DNA of 63,994 nucleotides, filler included, from Bonamia ostreae (Eukaryota): NCBI GenBank assembly GCA_040357525.1. It is 8 parts of 8 records of this genome, joined end to end, with 100 filler letters (N's around TTAATTAATTAA, not from the genome) between each part and the next. Parts side by side here need not be neighbours in the genome. Positions count along the whole stretch, not along the records: positions 32,751 to 40,716 come from JBDODL010000066.1; positions 40,817 to 48,737 come from JBDODL010000067.1; positions 48,838 to 56,750 come from JBDODL010000068.1; 5 more parts are not named here. One strand, 5' to 3'. Shown piece by piece: positions 37,816 to 51,006 of this stretch (position 1 is its first letter; each line of letters starts with the position of its first letter). The notes under the pieces were generated by a model. It saw only the letters and a program-made list of their open reading frames with translations, ran no database searches and was not told where the DNA came from. The position numbers and the translations under genes were made by a program.

Positions 37816-39410
37816 TTATATATAATATTCTTCTTCTTCATTGCTATCGGATTCATTATCGCTTGAAATTTTCGTTAAATCTGTATCTTCGTTATTGGCA
37901 TTACCTTTGCAATAAGTTGAAACAAAGAGCAACGTTATTGCGTTTGGCCAGATGTTCCACAACTTTTTCAAATTGTCAAATTCTGCAAATTTTTAAACTT
38001 CAAATGTAAATCAAAATATTCAAAAAACAGTGACGACACGATCAAAATAGATGTCGACCATTATTAATAGCGAAATAATTTTGAGTGGGACGTAGACTTC
38101 GACTATTTGCCCCACATAGAATAGAACTAAAATCGTTCCATATGGTATCGGCGGACTCGAAATCGAGATGATCACAGAAATGATAACCAAGGCAATGCGA
38201 TTATTAATCGAGAAATCTATCTTGTAAATGTGCGCAATGAAGGTAATGACCATGGTGTTGTAGACGGTGCTACCGTTTATCTGCAGAATGAGGGCGATTG
38301 GCATCAGCACTCCTGCAATGGATTCTGGAACACCGATATCTTTCGCAATTCTACTTTTAAATTTTGGAAACCTTGTGTTGTCTGTTAATGTCGTCAAACC
38401 AGCAGAAGTCGAAAACGCTTTAATGAAGAGATCCCTGTATGGACCAATGAGTTTTGATCGCTTGTTCGAATTCACCAAACAGCAAAAAAACATCGGGTAA
38501 ATCAACACGCAAGCTGCAAAGCAAACTTCAAATTTAGAATTTGCGTGTAGTAAATTTGCTGCGTAAAAACATTGTACAAAATTTATTTGATAACGACAGA
38601 GCAAATCAATTATATAAAACGTAAAGAAAAGCTGGCAGCCAGAATTCCAAGATTTTTAAAAACAGTCAGATCCTCAATGGCGGCTATTTGACTGAAAATA
38701 ATAGAGAATATGCCTAGAGCCGTGAAGCTAAGGATAAAATCAGCGATTTTTTCGAAAGTGGCATCCGCGATTTTGAATAATTTGCGACAATCGATACCAT
38801 TTTGTCCAATCTTTCGTTTACTCAAATTTTTGGCTAAGAAAACACCAAGAATCAAAGAGAAAAAAGTGATCGCGAGGATGTTGCTATCTTTTGCAGATTG
38901 TATGTAATTTTTTGGTATAGCCATAAATGCTATTTGTTTGATTGATGATGTTATATCGCCGCTTTCTTCTTTATGAGCTGAAACTTGTGCTATTTCAGAG
39001 TCGCTCAAAACTGGGACGAATTTTAAAAAGAAATTCATTGTGAAATAGCCAAGAATGGAAAAAATAAGAGAGGAAAGGAAAAAGAAAAGAATAGTCTTGG
39101 ATTGATTAAAAAAACTGTGGCAATGATACAAAACGAGTTTTTAATTTTTGATATTTTAAGCGTGTTGTAGACTATTTTTGTAAACATGTAGAAAAGCATA
39201 AGAGCTTTCAAGACGTTGAAGTATATTTCGCCAACTATGCCAAAGATTTTGTTCGCCTCAGCTGCATTGATTTGAATTGAATGTAAAATAAAAACTTGGA
39301 ATAAGTGATCGAACTGCAAAGCCCAAGCCAGCACCTAAGATGCTCGCTATAAACATGGGCAGTGATTCATGTGGAAACACAAATTGTTTTTGTATTTTTT
39401 CAAGTAGCAT
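37816..39410 (-). CDS. Divergent SLC1/DAACS (dicarboxylate/amino-acid:cation symporter) protein, 4 introns
   Basis: IPKNY...NILAITFFS..LG, LGIFSII, AFSTSA, G+..SI...+.P, PPIPYG, LLI.VD...DR. Confidence 0.8.
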
Positions 39411-39509
39411 TTTTCTATCAATTTAATATACAAACCGATTTTTTTTGAGCAGATTTCCTTTAATATAAACTAATTCGAATTTATTAAAACATTTAATAAA
39501 AACAAAGAA

Positions 39510-40716
39510 ATGAAAATATTAAAAATATTTTCAAGGCCTCACGCAGCTATCCCTCCTTTGCTCGGAATATCTCTAGGCTTCTTATATGGTCTTCTAATCA
39601 ATTATTTGAAAGTGCCAAGTTTTTATATGGTCAACCAACCAATTAGTTTTTATTAACTAGTATAATTCGATTGTTACATTTTTTAAAAAGAGAAAAGCAT
39701 AGTAATAAAAATGTTCGGGTTACTTGGAAGCATCTATTTAAATTTTATCAATATGATTGCATTGTTGTTAGTTATCATTTTGATGATTGAAAATACGATG
39801 AGATTAACCGGTCTCAAAAATTCGAAGGCATTTGTTATAACAGTTTTAATTTCAAATATTCATAAAGACGATGGTTGTTTTCATAGTAACTTCCACATTA
39901 GCGAATGTGGCGAGTGTTCTGGTTGTCGATTTTGGAATAAACATTATGGGAGATTTAAAAACCTCGGTTACAGACGCAAACAATGCAAAATATGGCCAAT
40001 TACACAAAATAATATCAAATTTAGTAAGTAATATCCTTCCAAGCAACTTTTTTGGAGCACTAATCAAAAATAATATGTTAGCTTCTATGATCTATAGTGT
40101 CGTTTTTGGATATTTTATTACCAAATTCAAATCGAAAAAATCTTTCAGTACAATCGCCAGTCTTGTAATCTTGATCAAAGACTCTATGGAATCTATGATA
40201 AAGATAGTAGTCTTTTCAACTCCCGTTTGCATGTTCTCTATGATATGCGCACAGATCGCTATGTTAAACAATCTCGAAATATTTTTACACGTAAAAAACT
40301 TCATTCTAGTCTTCCTGACTGGTTATTTTTATTAACAATAAAGGGCTCGCAATTATGTTATTCTTGCTTCTAGTTGTTGTAACTTGCATTTTAAAAAGAA
40401 GAACATTTGAATTTTTAAAACATCTCTTTCCGGCTGTGATTACAGGAATATCCATTTCTAGTAGCATTGCTGCAATGCCTCAAGCTGTGGAAGCGTTGAA
40501 TGATTTTGGATATCCGAAGGAGAACTCGGAAATATTTTTTGCATTGGGAGTCACAATGCAGAAATTAGCTTCCATGATATACTACATGCTCAGTGCCATT
40601 TTGGCTGCAAAGTTTAGTGGGGTGACTTTAACCCTTAAAAAACTGCTCATTATGTCAATAATGAATGTTTTCATAATGATTTCTGTACCTCCTGTTCCAA
40701 TGGCTATGTTGGTCTA
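39510..40716 (+). CDS. Divergent SLC1/DAACS paralog, head-to-head with the previous gene, truncated by contig end
   Basis: LPSNFF.A...NML..+..S..FG, TP+.+FS+I, ISSSIAAMP, PPVP; first three intron positions match the paralog. Confidence 0.8.
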
Positions 40717-40816
40717 NNNNNNNNNNNNNNNNNNNNNNNNNNNNNNNNNNNNNNNNNNNNTTAATTAATTAANNNNNNNNNNNNNNNNNNNNNNNNNNNN
40801 NNNNNNNNNNNNNNNN

Positions 40817-41714
40817 AAAAAGCGATTTACAAAAAACTGATTTACAAAAACTGATTTACACATAAAAACGTTGATAAATCGCTTAATCGGGTTCATAATA
40901 AAATAGCAAAAAGCGCGCTCATAATCTCGTGTGAGCGGCTTCTTGCACCATTTCTTTGTTTTCGGGTTGTAGAAATGGTCTCCCCAGAAGCGCTCCGTGT
41001 AGTAATCTACCGAAACGTTCGACTTCTTCGCGTACATCTCTGCGAACTTGGAGATCGTAAAGCCCCACGCGTGCGCTCCCGACCCGAACCCGACGTTTCC
41101 CTTGAGCGGGTCCACTTCCATCGGCACTTCGACGTCTTTGTACGTGCTGATTATCACGTTCACGCTCTCGATTATTTTCCTGAAATTCTGATACGCGTCT
41201 TCGAAGTCAATTTTAGTCTCGATGAAAATGCGGTCGATTTTGTTGAGGAAGAGCACCGGGCGGATTCTTTCGGTTACTGCTTGCCTCAGCACCGTCTCCG
41301 TCTGGATGCACACGCCCTCGACGCAGTCGACGACGACCAGCGCGCCGTCGGTGACGCGCAGAGCGGCGGTCACTTCGGACGAAAAGTCGACGTGGCCCGG
41401 CGAGTCGATGAGGTTGATGAGCTTGGATTGAGCGAAAAAACGTATTCCTGTTCTTTCTTATTCTCTTCGACGTATTTGTAGTACATAGAGACGCTGGTCG
41501 ATTTGATCGTGATACTGCGCTGTTGCTCGTCTTCTCTGGTGTCAGTGAACCGAGCTTCTCCCGCCTTGGCGTTTGCGATGATTCCGGCTTTGCTGACGAG
41601 CGAGTCGGTCAGAGTCGACTTGCCGTGGTCGACGTGGGCAATAACGGAAATGTTGCGGATGTTCGATTTGTTTTCCATCATGTTTCTTACCTGGTCAACT
41701 GTAAAATTAACCAT
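40817..41714 (-). CDS. EEF2: Elongation factor 2, 5' part; 20-nt intron 41441-41422
   Basis: [84 protein letters not shown]. Confidence 0.98.
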
Positions 41715-41993
41715 GGCTACCTTAACCCTTTATTTTTTATTTAGACTTTGCTAAATTGTGTTGGACTATATCACATCACGCTAAATAAAGGAACAAGTTT
41801 AACGAATTGAACTGCTTAAGCGCTTAGAACGCTTTAAATGTTTGCAATGTCATTAAATTGTGGCGATTGCCATTATTAAATATTATATGAGATTGTTAAG
41901 TCCAGATATAGCTTTTGTTATGTCTTAATCTGAGATCGTTAATTCTTTGTTTTGAGAAAACCTTTTTGCTCTAATTTGCAAGGACACAGAATT

Positions 41994-43600
41994 TTATTTA
42001 AATTTACTCAAAAGGGAATTTAGTTCGTTTTCCAATCTTGCTTTGATTTGATCAAATTTTGCTGTTTTTTGGTTTATTTGGTCCAAAATGGCGTTTTCCT
42101 TTATATCAATTTCGTTTCTAAAATCTTTCTTCGTTTTGATTAGAATTCGGTTTTCTTCGGTCAAATCTGCGGCATTTTTCACTTTCGTGTTGTTTCGGAT
42201 TTTCGCTGTTTGCTCCTTTTTGCATAAACTGTTGAAATAGCGTTTTGCTTTTTCGAGCTTCTTTTGTTCTTCGCCAATTTTTAGTTTTTGTTTTTCGATT
42301 TTTTCTAAAATTAGAAGAGTTTTGTTTTTTTCTTCGATTCTCGATTTTTCCAGTTTTTCCTCGAGATAGTCGTTTTGGCTAATTTTTTTATTTAAAAACT
42401 CTTCCAGCGTTTTGCACAAGAGTTCGTTTAAGCTACATGAAATTGATTCCGTTTTTGCGTTCATTATATCAAAAGTCTCTTCATTTGTATCGTCTTGTTT
42501 TTACAGTTTAAATATGGAAGTTTTGAACTTTTGTGTTCATCGCCGATCAGTTTATGCACATAACTGCTCGTTTCATAGTCCCAAACGGCTTTATTTGGCA
42601 TCTTAATAGTGTAGCGGTGTCCAGTTTTCTCAAAATGTTTTTTGCTGTGTTGTTTTTGGTATCTGGAACACCCGATTGTGGCACATATCAAACAAACCCA
42701 CAAGTCTTCGTTGTTTTCGCAATTTATACATTCCATTTTTTCTTCTTCCAAAACTTTGCAAACTTGACAACTTTTCTTATTGCTATTTTTTGTTAAAATT
42801 TTTTAGTACAAAATTTTCTTTATGTGTTTATAAATTTTTTAAGATCAAATTTTTTTACGCTTTTTTTTGTTAAAATTTTTTAGTACAAAATTTTCTTTAC
42901 GTGTTTATAAATTTTTTAAGCTTTAACAATTTTTTAAGATCAAATTTTATTTGCATTTTAATGAAATTTTATACGACAAAATTTTTACGATTTAAGCAAA
43001 ATTTTATCATTAATTTTCGCAAGCTCAAAATTTCCGATAATCGATCCATCCAGCCTATAATAACAATTTGGGCAATTTGGAAGTTCGTTTTTAGGGAAAG
43101 CGTTAATTTTCGTAATTTGACTCAAAATCTTAATTTTTTTAAAATCGACGACATTTTTATTGTTCTCGAAAATTCGTAAATCGCATAAAATTGGCTTTGC
43201 AAGAGGGTCAATATTTGTCTTCTTTTGCACTTTGTTGTTCTGCAATAAATATTCGAAAGTCTTTAACGGTGATGAAATTTTGTTTCTTTTTAATAAAGCG
43301 AACAAACAATTTCTGTTCGCTGTTTTTAACCTTAAAATTTTTCTAAATTTTAGAAATATATTACAAAGTATGTTTTTGTTGCTGCTTAAGATAATTAATG
43401 AGATCAATATTTTCACTAAAATAAAAAATGGCTGGATTATTAGCTTCATTCGGATTTTTATCTTTATTTAAGCTAAAAATTCTATAATTTGCGGATATAT
43501 TAATACAACTAAAAATGTGATAAAATTACTGATCGTTTTTAACGGCATTTGTCAAATCACAAATTGCAATTAAAAGCATTTCGTGAACTAGTTTTATATA
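41994..43600 (-). CDS. BRAP: BRAP2/ETP1-like protein (reduced RING, ZnF-UBP, coiled coil); start uncertain
   Basis: ELPNCPNC..RLD.S..G, C..C...EDLWVCLICATIGCSRY...H...HF..TGH.Y......VWDY...YVH.L. Confidence 0.82.
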
Positions 43601-43811
43601 GATTTCAATATAGTTTTTAGACAATGATTTAGACGATAAATTTTCAAGATCGCTTTTCTTTTCTTAATATTCCAATTGAACCGTAATATCCTAAAACAAC
43701 ATTTGCAATATTAAACTTAGATTTATTATTACAGTCGACAAATTAAACAGAAAAGCTTAAATTTTAATTGAATTTCATATAATATGCTTAACAAACCAAA
43801 TTAATTTTATA

Positions 43812-43979
43812 ATGAAAATATTTAATTTGTTATTTCTGATGTTTATGTCCAATATCGTAGTTGCAATATCATTTGATGAACACGTTGATTACATTTACAG
43901 ATTTGAAAATTATCTTGTTTGGTTGGTTGTGTTACCACAAATCATACTCATTACTGTAGTATGTTGCAAAATAAATTAA
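43812..43979 (+). CDS. 55-aa putative type-I membrane microprotein
   Basis: MKIFNLLFLMFMSNIVVA-ISFDEHVDYIYRFENY-LVWLVVLPQIILITVVCC-KIN*: signal peptide, short ectodomain, TM helix. Confidence 0.5.
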   Translation: MKIFNLLFLMFMSNIVVAISFDEHVDYIYRFENYLVWLVVLPQIILITVVCCKIN

Positions 43980-45144
43980 ATTGTCAATTTTTTTAAAAGT
44001 TCAAAATTTGGATTTCGCAAAAAAGAAATAAACAATGGTTAAAAAGATTACAAAAATCTGTATAAAAGATCTACAAAAAATGGCTAAAAATTTATATTGT
44101 AGCAAGATAATTTGATCACGACGAATCTCAAAAACTCAAAGCGATGAAGCCAAACAGCAAAATTACTTTTTTAATAGTAAATATGGAATTGATTGGGTTC
44201 AGATTTAAGAAGTTCGCTGTAACGCTAATTTTAAATAAAACAAAATTAATTCAAAACAAAATTGTCGAATTTTCATTTTTTTCGGCTATTTTATTCTTAA
44301 ATTGAAAAAAGAGTACTTTAAAATATAATGTTGAAATAAAAGTTACCAGACAAATTTAGCCAAAATATCAACTAAATAAAAAAAAGCACAAAAAATTTAA
44401 AAATTCTGATTTAAGATAAAAAGACGATATCCCAATCTACGCAAGAACTCTCCTCCAATTACAACAATAAAACAAGAAGAAAATATTTTCGAATAAAAGT
44501 TTATTTCTGTTAAGTTAATTTAAAACTTTTATTTTCTGTAAAAAAATATAGACTGTAAATAACTATCCAAAACAAAATTAGAAATTGGGAAATAATATTT
44601 TTTATTGATGCCATTTTTGCTAATTTTTTCGGAATGAATTTTTTATATGTGTTTTGTTAATAAAAATTGTAAAACGAGTTTCAGTTTTAATATTATTTTT
44701 AATCTCTTTTTACTGATACAGTTTTTCAAAATTAATGATTTTTATTTCGAATTCAAATCTCTTTATTTACAAAAAACTCAAAATTTTGCAATTTATTTTT
44801 ATTTCGAATTCAAATCTCTTTATTTCCAATTTTAAAATTCAATTTCGTCTTAAATTCAAAAACTCATAATTTAGCAAGAAAAAGAAATTTCATAAACGAA
44901 GCTTCCAGTTAATATAAATTTTTTTGTATTAAAGGATTTAATATAAAAAACACATAAATTTCGCCGATTATAATTTATTATTAAAATTTTTTCTTGTACA
45001 TAGTAGATTTTAGCGATTATTTATAAATAGGGAACATTATTTATAGCGATTTCTGTAAAACATAAAATATTTTTTAAAAGACGACATTATAAAGCTCAAA
45101 TCATATATTCAGAAAACCCGAGTTTATTAACAAAAAGCAAAAAA

Positions 45145-47685
45145 ATGTCGAAACCGAAAATGCAACCATTAGATGTGATAATTAGATTTCGGTCTTCGCC
45201 TTTTTGGGACAAATTTTTTTCGATTGAAGGGAACAATGTTATATACAAATCATATCAACAAGTTTTATTTAAAAACCAAAACAGACATTTAATAACAAAA
45301 TTTCCGAAAAAGAGAGAAAAGTAAAATTTTCAAATGTTTTTGGACCAGATATCAGCCAAAATAAAGTTTTCTTTACATATAGCAAAAAAGCTCTACGAAT
45401 CGATAGGAAAAACGTTACTAAAAAACTTTTTCAATGGCGAAAACGGATTAGTCTTCGCTTACGGCATAACTGGTTCAGGCAAGACATATTCGGTTGAAGG
45501 AGATAATGGAAACGAGGGGATTTTGCCAAGATTGTTGTCAGACGTTTTGACAAACTACGAAAAAAATGACGAAGATTATAACGAAAAGGGGGACGTTGTA
45601 ATTTCATATGCTGAAATTTATCAAGAAAAAGCTTACGATCTGTTTTCAGCCGAAAAAGATTCCCTAAAACCTGTTAACTCTATATTTTAAATTTGCTTTT
45701 GCGAAATTTAAATTTATTTTCGAGTTAAATTTATTTTTGCGGAATTCTTACTTTTGCGTTAAATTTATTTTTTTGCAAAAATAAACTTACTTTTGCAAAA
45801 TTGATCTGCATAAATTAGGAACGAAAAACAAATTAAAAAACAAAAACCGACTAAAACTTAAAAAATAGCTTAAAGTCGTTACACAAAACGGCGAATCGAC
45901 GATATCAAATTTAACCCACATAAAAATCAGCGACATTAAAAACGCTTTAAAAATATACGAAAAAGGAAACAAAACAAAACATTTATCGTCGACATCTTTT
46001 AACAGCGTTTTGCAAATTTAATAGTTTAGCGATCATCAAGATCCCACACAATCTTCACAATCAAATTTGTCCCCAAAATATTTGACTGCACATCTTCGGA
46101 CCCCCAAAACACAAGGCATTTCAGTTCAATTTGCGTTGCAGACTTAGCCGGCGCCGAAAAATCGACCGACTTAAACCAAACGAATAGTCAAAATATCGAT
46201 TCTGACCAAATTAACAACGAAAACGCAAATCCAGAAAGTTTGTTTGACGAATCGACAAAAATAAACGGGTCATTATTGGTGCTAGGGAAAGTACTTACGG
46301 ATCTGCGTTGGAACCAGCAAAACTCAAAAAAGTTGCAGAGAGTAATTTCTTGGCGGGGCACAACGATCACTCGTTTGCTGCAAAACTATTTGATTGGCGG
46401 AGGAAAATGTTTTATGGTTGTTTGCGTCTGGGTCACCCCGTTTTTTCTCTTTGAGACTTTTTGACCGAATATCCATTTAAATTAAAAAGAGAGACATTAA
46501 ATCCAACACTGCGCGTAATGGAATATGGATCGATCGCATCCTCGATAAGCACAGAACAGAAAGTTTGAGCAAACAATTTTAGACTAAAAATAGCAAAATC
46601 ACAAAGAACATTGAAAAACTGGTCGAAGAAAAATTTTCTGCGGAAACGAAAATGTTAATAAAGCACGGCATTTGTAGCGAAAAAATGTTTGAACGCGTTC
46701 AAGAAAAAATCCCGTCGGTTCTAATTCAAGTACTAAATTTCAATCACGCCAAATATCAACGGTCGCTTAATTTTATAAATCGGCGGAACAAAGAACGTCT
46801 CAAAATGGAAAGAAAACTTGTTTGGAACTGTGCTTTAAAGCAAATCGTCAAAATGTCGCGCAAATATTTTTTATATAAAAAAGTTGTTCAAACATAAAAT
46901 TTTTACTAATTCTGAAAGATTGTTTGTTCGAAAAATTTAAAATTAATCAAATTAGTCCAGAAAAGAAAAAATGAAGCGAATTAACGAAAAATATGACAAT
47001 AAAGTAAACGCTGAAAAATATAAAAATTCTTCTTTTAAAATGGTCATCAACGAATTAGAAGAAAAAGTTTTAGTGCACAAATTGGAAATTCAAAAACTTT
47101 TAAAAGAAAACAGTTCTTTAAAAAGACAAACGAGACGATTGAGTAGAAGTAGCAACGGAATTATTAAAGAAGAAAACGTGATAAAAGTTTTTTTGTAATT
47201 AAAATTTGCAAATTTGAATTTTTTAGAATTAAAAAAAATTAATTTTTGCAAAAGTCTGCAAATACGGTCAAAAAGGAAAAATTTCAGCTTCGAGTTAAAA
47301 GAAAAAAATCGATTAAATCGGTCCGCCATAAAAGGTTAAAATTTGCGATTTTAAATTAGAGATTTGATAATTCGTTGCAAATATAAATTTTTGATTTTGA
47401 AGATTAACAGAAAGATTGATAAAGAAAGAAAATGCCGCAAAACAGGCGAAAAATGAGATAGTTTCAGGATTGATAAAAAGGGACAAATTTGAATTCAAAG
47501 AAGCAACATTATCAAAAGATGGATTCTATTCCGTCACTGTTCAGACATTAAAACGAATTTTAAGAAATTTAGATTTGAGAGTCGGAGGAGTCAAAGCTGA
47601 TTTAATCGATCGTTTGTGGGGGGCTGTTTCGAGCGATAATGTTTTTGCATTCAAAAATAATCAAATTTCGAAAAGCGCTTTTTAA
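45145..47685 (+). CDS. Kinesin-6-like motor with coiled coil and C-terminal SAP motif, about 9 introns
   Basis: F..VFGP..SQ, NGLVFAYGITGSGKTY, SYAEIYQE..YDL, N.RSSRSHTIF, DLAGAE, IN.SLL.LG.....LR.NQ, MVVCV; exons join in frame to the SAP-like tail. Confidence 0.85.
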
Positions 47686-47709
47686 ATAAAAATAATTATT
47701 GAAAAATTT

Positions 47710-48570
47710 TTATGCTGAAACAATAAATGAAAATAGAATGGGGATAAGAAAGATATAGTAGTCAAAATGATGGATGAAGATATTAGGAAAGGACGGGGAA
47801 GACAAAGAAAATAAATTTTTATCGTTAACATTCAAAAACAAAAAATTTAGCAATTTACTAAATTTGGACGAACATCAATTGTAACCAAAATTGCAAGTTG
47901 GTTCCGGATAATATTTTTGATTATAACAGAGACTTAAACCGACATCCAAAAGTGTCTCGTTTTTTTCCATCAAGTTATTTTCATTGTGACAGTACAAAAC
48001 CAACATGGGCTGCAAGTTTGAAGGGTCTAAGATCATTGGGATATCATATAACATTTTCCAAAGATACGATAATCTGAAATCGTATACAAAAACTGATTTT
48101 TCGGACATGTTGGGTATATTTGGCATTTTGCACGCTTTAATAAAAATTAAAAACTTGGTTTTGCGCCTTTTTAATTAAATTTGGGATTTTAAATTTAAAC
48201 TATTTACAAAATTAAATTTTGTTTTAGCTATTTTGATTTCATTGTTTCGGAAATTTATTTCGAAAATTTATAATATGACAAAATAGATTTTGTTGATTTT
48301 AAATAAAAAAAAATTCGAAATACTGTCTTTTCCAATTAAAATTTTTCTATTAAAACTAAATAGCAAAAATAGGTTCTTTTTTTTATTAAAAATTGAAATA
48401 TTACCGTTGTCTGTTAATGCTAAATAAAAATTTTCAAAATAAAATTTTTTTGAAGTATCTTAAGGCAAAAACAATTATTAAAAGAAAAAACCTTTGTCGT
48501 GGTTTATTCGAAGTTTCATTGGATAAGAAAAAGCAAAAACAATCAAAAAATATATTTTGAAATTAATCAT
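47710..48570 (-). CDS. Hypothetical secreted or membrane-anchored protein, multi-exon
   Basis: Signal-like MINFKIYFLIVFAFS, middle exon 48126-47880, hydrophobic C-terminus YIFLIPILFSFIVSA*. Confidence 0.45.
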
Positions 48571-49001
48571 TTTGCGGCAAAATAATAAAAAATAACCGAT
48601 AATAAACTTTATATGTTATAATATCGGGTTTTTAGCTAAATTTTTGTTTAAAATTTTGTTAAGTTTCAAAATTCGGTCACTTCACAATTTTAAATTACGC
48701 AATTAAATTTAGCGATTTGTACCAACGTCTTATTTCANNNNNNNNNNNNNNNNNNNNNNNNNNNNNNNNNNNNNNNNNNNNTTAATTAATTAANNNNNNN
48801 NNNNNNNNNNNNNNNNNNNNNNNNNNNNNNNNNNNNNAATATTTCTTAGGAATGGCGCTCTAAATATTGTTCAATAGAGTGGCATCAAATTAAAAAGAAA
48901 TTCTTACTTTTTATATGGTAAAATAATTTGTAAATCGGAAATTTATTAGGAACACTCAAAAATTTTATTAGGCATTTTTAAATTAGTTAAAAAGTGCCGT
49001 A

Positions 49002-50784
49002 ATGATAAAATTGATAAAGTTTTGTTTTGTTGTTGTGTCAATAAATTGTCTCTGCAATATTTCGTCTATAATTGACGAAGAAACAAAAATTTCAGGACGT
49101 GATATGCATTTGAGTATCGACGTTGACAAAATTGCGGAGAACAGACAAGTTTTGATAATTTGTCTCGATCCTTTTCTCGATTTTGTAATCAGTGACGACA
49201 AAGATGAATTGTTGTACTTCAAAGGCGAAGTATTGATTAAATGCGTCGGCGAACAAATTTTTTTCGTCGACTTATTTAAAAGAAAAAACAGAAAAATAAA
49301 AAATTTGAAATGTGTTGAAGATTTGAAGCCTTTTATTGGACAGCAGGAAATTAAAGATCAATGTGTTAATGAAGCACTAGAATCCTCCATTGTTTTGTAC
49401 AGCGGAATTGAACCAGATTTTTATGAGAATGGGCTGAGATTGACTGGCAGATGTGGGCTGGATGACCTGAATTTTCCAGAATATATTCAGATAAAATGCC
49501 AAAATGGCAGATATATTTATAGTGGTGAGAATGGATTGATTGACAATATTTCTAGTTATTGTACACGTTTTTACAGAATTAATGATACAAAACAACATTG
49601 TTATATAACAATCTAAATTTGTTAAAAGAACATTAAAATAAAAATGGTATAAAAAGGGTGCCTTGTTCCGAATAAAACAATGTTTGGTAATTTAAAAAGT
49701 CTCAAAGAATCAATGATTGTTGACGTTAGATCAGAAATATATGTTGAGCCGACAGACGAATTTATACTTTCATGTGATGACGATAAGAGTGATTTTATTC
49801 TTTATGGTCCTTTTCTTGTACCCAAGATAACTCTCATCTGCAATCATCGTGTTTTGTCAATAATACAGTCTCCCGATACAGACTTTTACCAATACGGGGA
49901 GCTCAGTTGTCTTCGTTTTATTGTCATTCATATTATCTATTTTTGTTATCTATAAAAAATTAACTTCATCTAAAAATCACTCTTAATATTAACATCATCT
50001 ATATCTATTTTTCAACTTGAAACAACAATTATTTAGTAACAATTATTTAGTAATTATTTTGAGATATGTATGTTTACTTATTTAATATTACCAACATGTA
50101 GCGAAGACAAGTGGGTGCGATCTGAAACCTCTAGTAAACAGCAAAATATACAGAACAGAGAACATTATCTACGACAACTATTTGAGACTTAACAAAAGCA
50201 TAAATGTTATCTGTAAAATGTCTTTTGGAAATGTTATCAAACAAACCAATTTGTTTTGCGAAGAAAAAGGACTTCAAATTAGTGGATGCAATGCCGAACC
50301 ACAAGATCTTAATTCAGATACTTTTTGTAAGAGTGATTGCTTTAACAATTTTTCGATAAATTTTGAAGTTAGTACAAGCGATATTAATAAAGATGAGATT
50401 CATGAAATTATCAATGAAATTGAGACTACTGATATTATAAAACATAACATCAACAATAAGAACAGTACAACAAATATCGGAAACAGTGAAGAGAACACAA
50501 TAGATTACAACGAGAATGAAGATAAAAGAAAATATGACAATAATGAAAACAATACAACAAGTAATGAAAAGAATGGAGAAAATACAACAGATTACAGTTA
50601 CAGCAAAGACAATGAAATAAATTTTGGCAAAAATGAAAACAAAGACGAGACAGTACTACATCAATCTGCTTTAATCGCAATCATATCTATATTAACATTG
50701 ACAGTTATTGGTCTTTCTCTGTACATTTTATTTGAAAAGAGAAAAATGTTTAAATTGAGGCATTGCCAATTAATCGAATATTAA
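49002..50784 (+). CDS. Cys-containing type-I surface protein (divergent sushi-like modules, N/E/D-rich stalk, C-terminal TM), multi-exon
   Basis: Signal peptide MIKLIKFCFVVVSINC, spaced Cys modules, TM ALIAIISILTLTVIGLSLYILF followed by EKRK. Confidence 0.6.
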
Positions 50785-51006
50785 ATTGCGTCTTGTACAT
50801 ATTTGAAATTTGATAATTTGACAGGAGATGGCGGTCTAGTGGGTGAGAAAGTCTTATGCCAATCGCATAGTTACGACTTCATTCCTAGAGTTGTCATCTC
50901 ACAAGATTTTATACCGCTGATAACAGAATTTAAAATACTTTTTATGTTATATCTAATTATCACTTATTTCTACATCTTTAAAAAGTTGAATATAATCATA
51001 TACCAC

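Noticed and set aside
45355-45382. Possible GC-AG intron in the kinesin gene
   Set aside because: The GT-AG intron 45366-45390 gives the better conserved SQNK|LYES reading.
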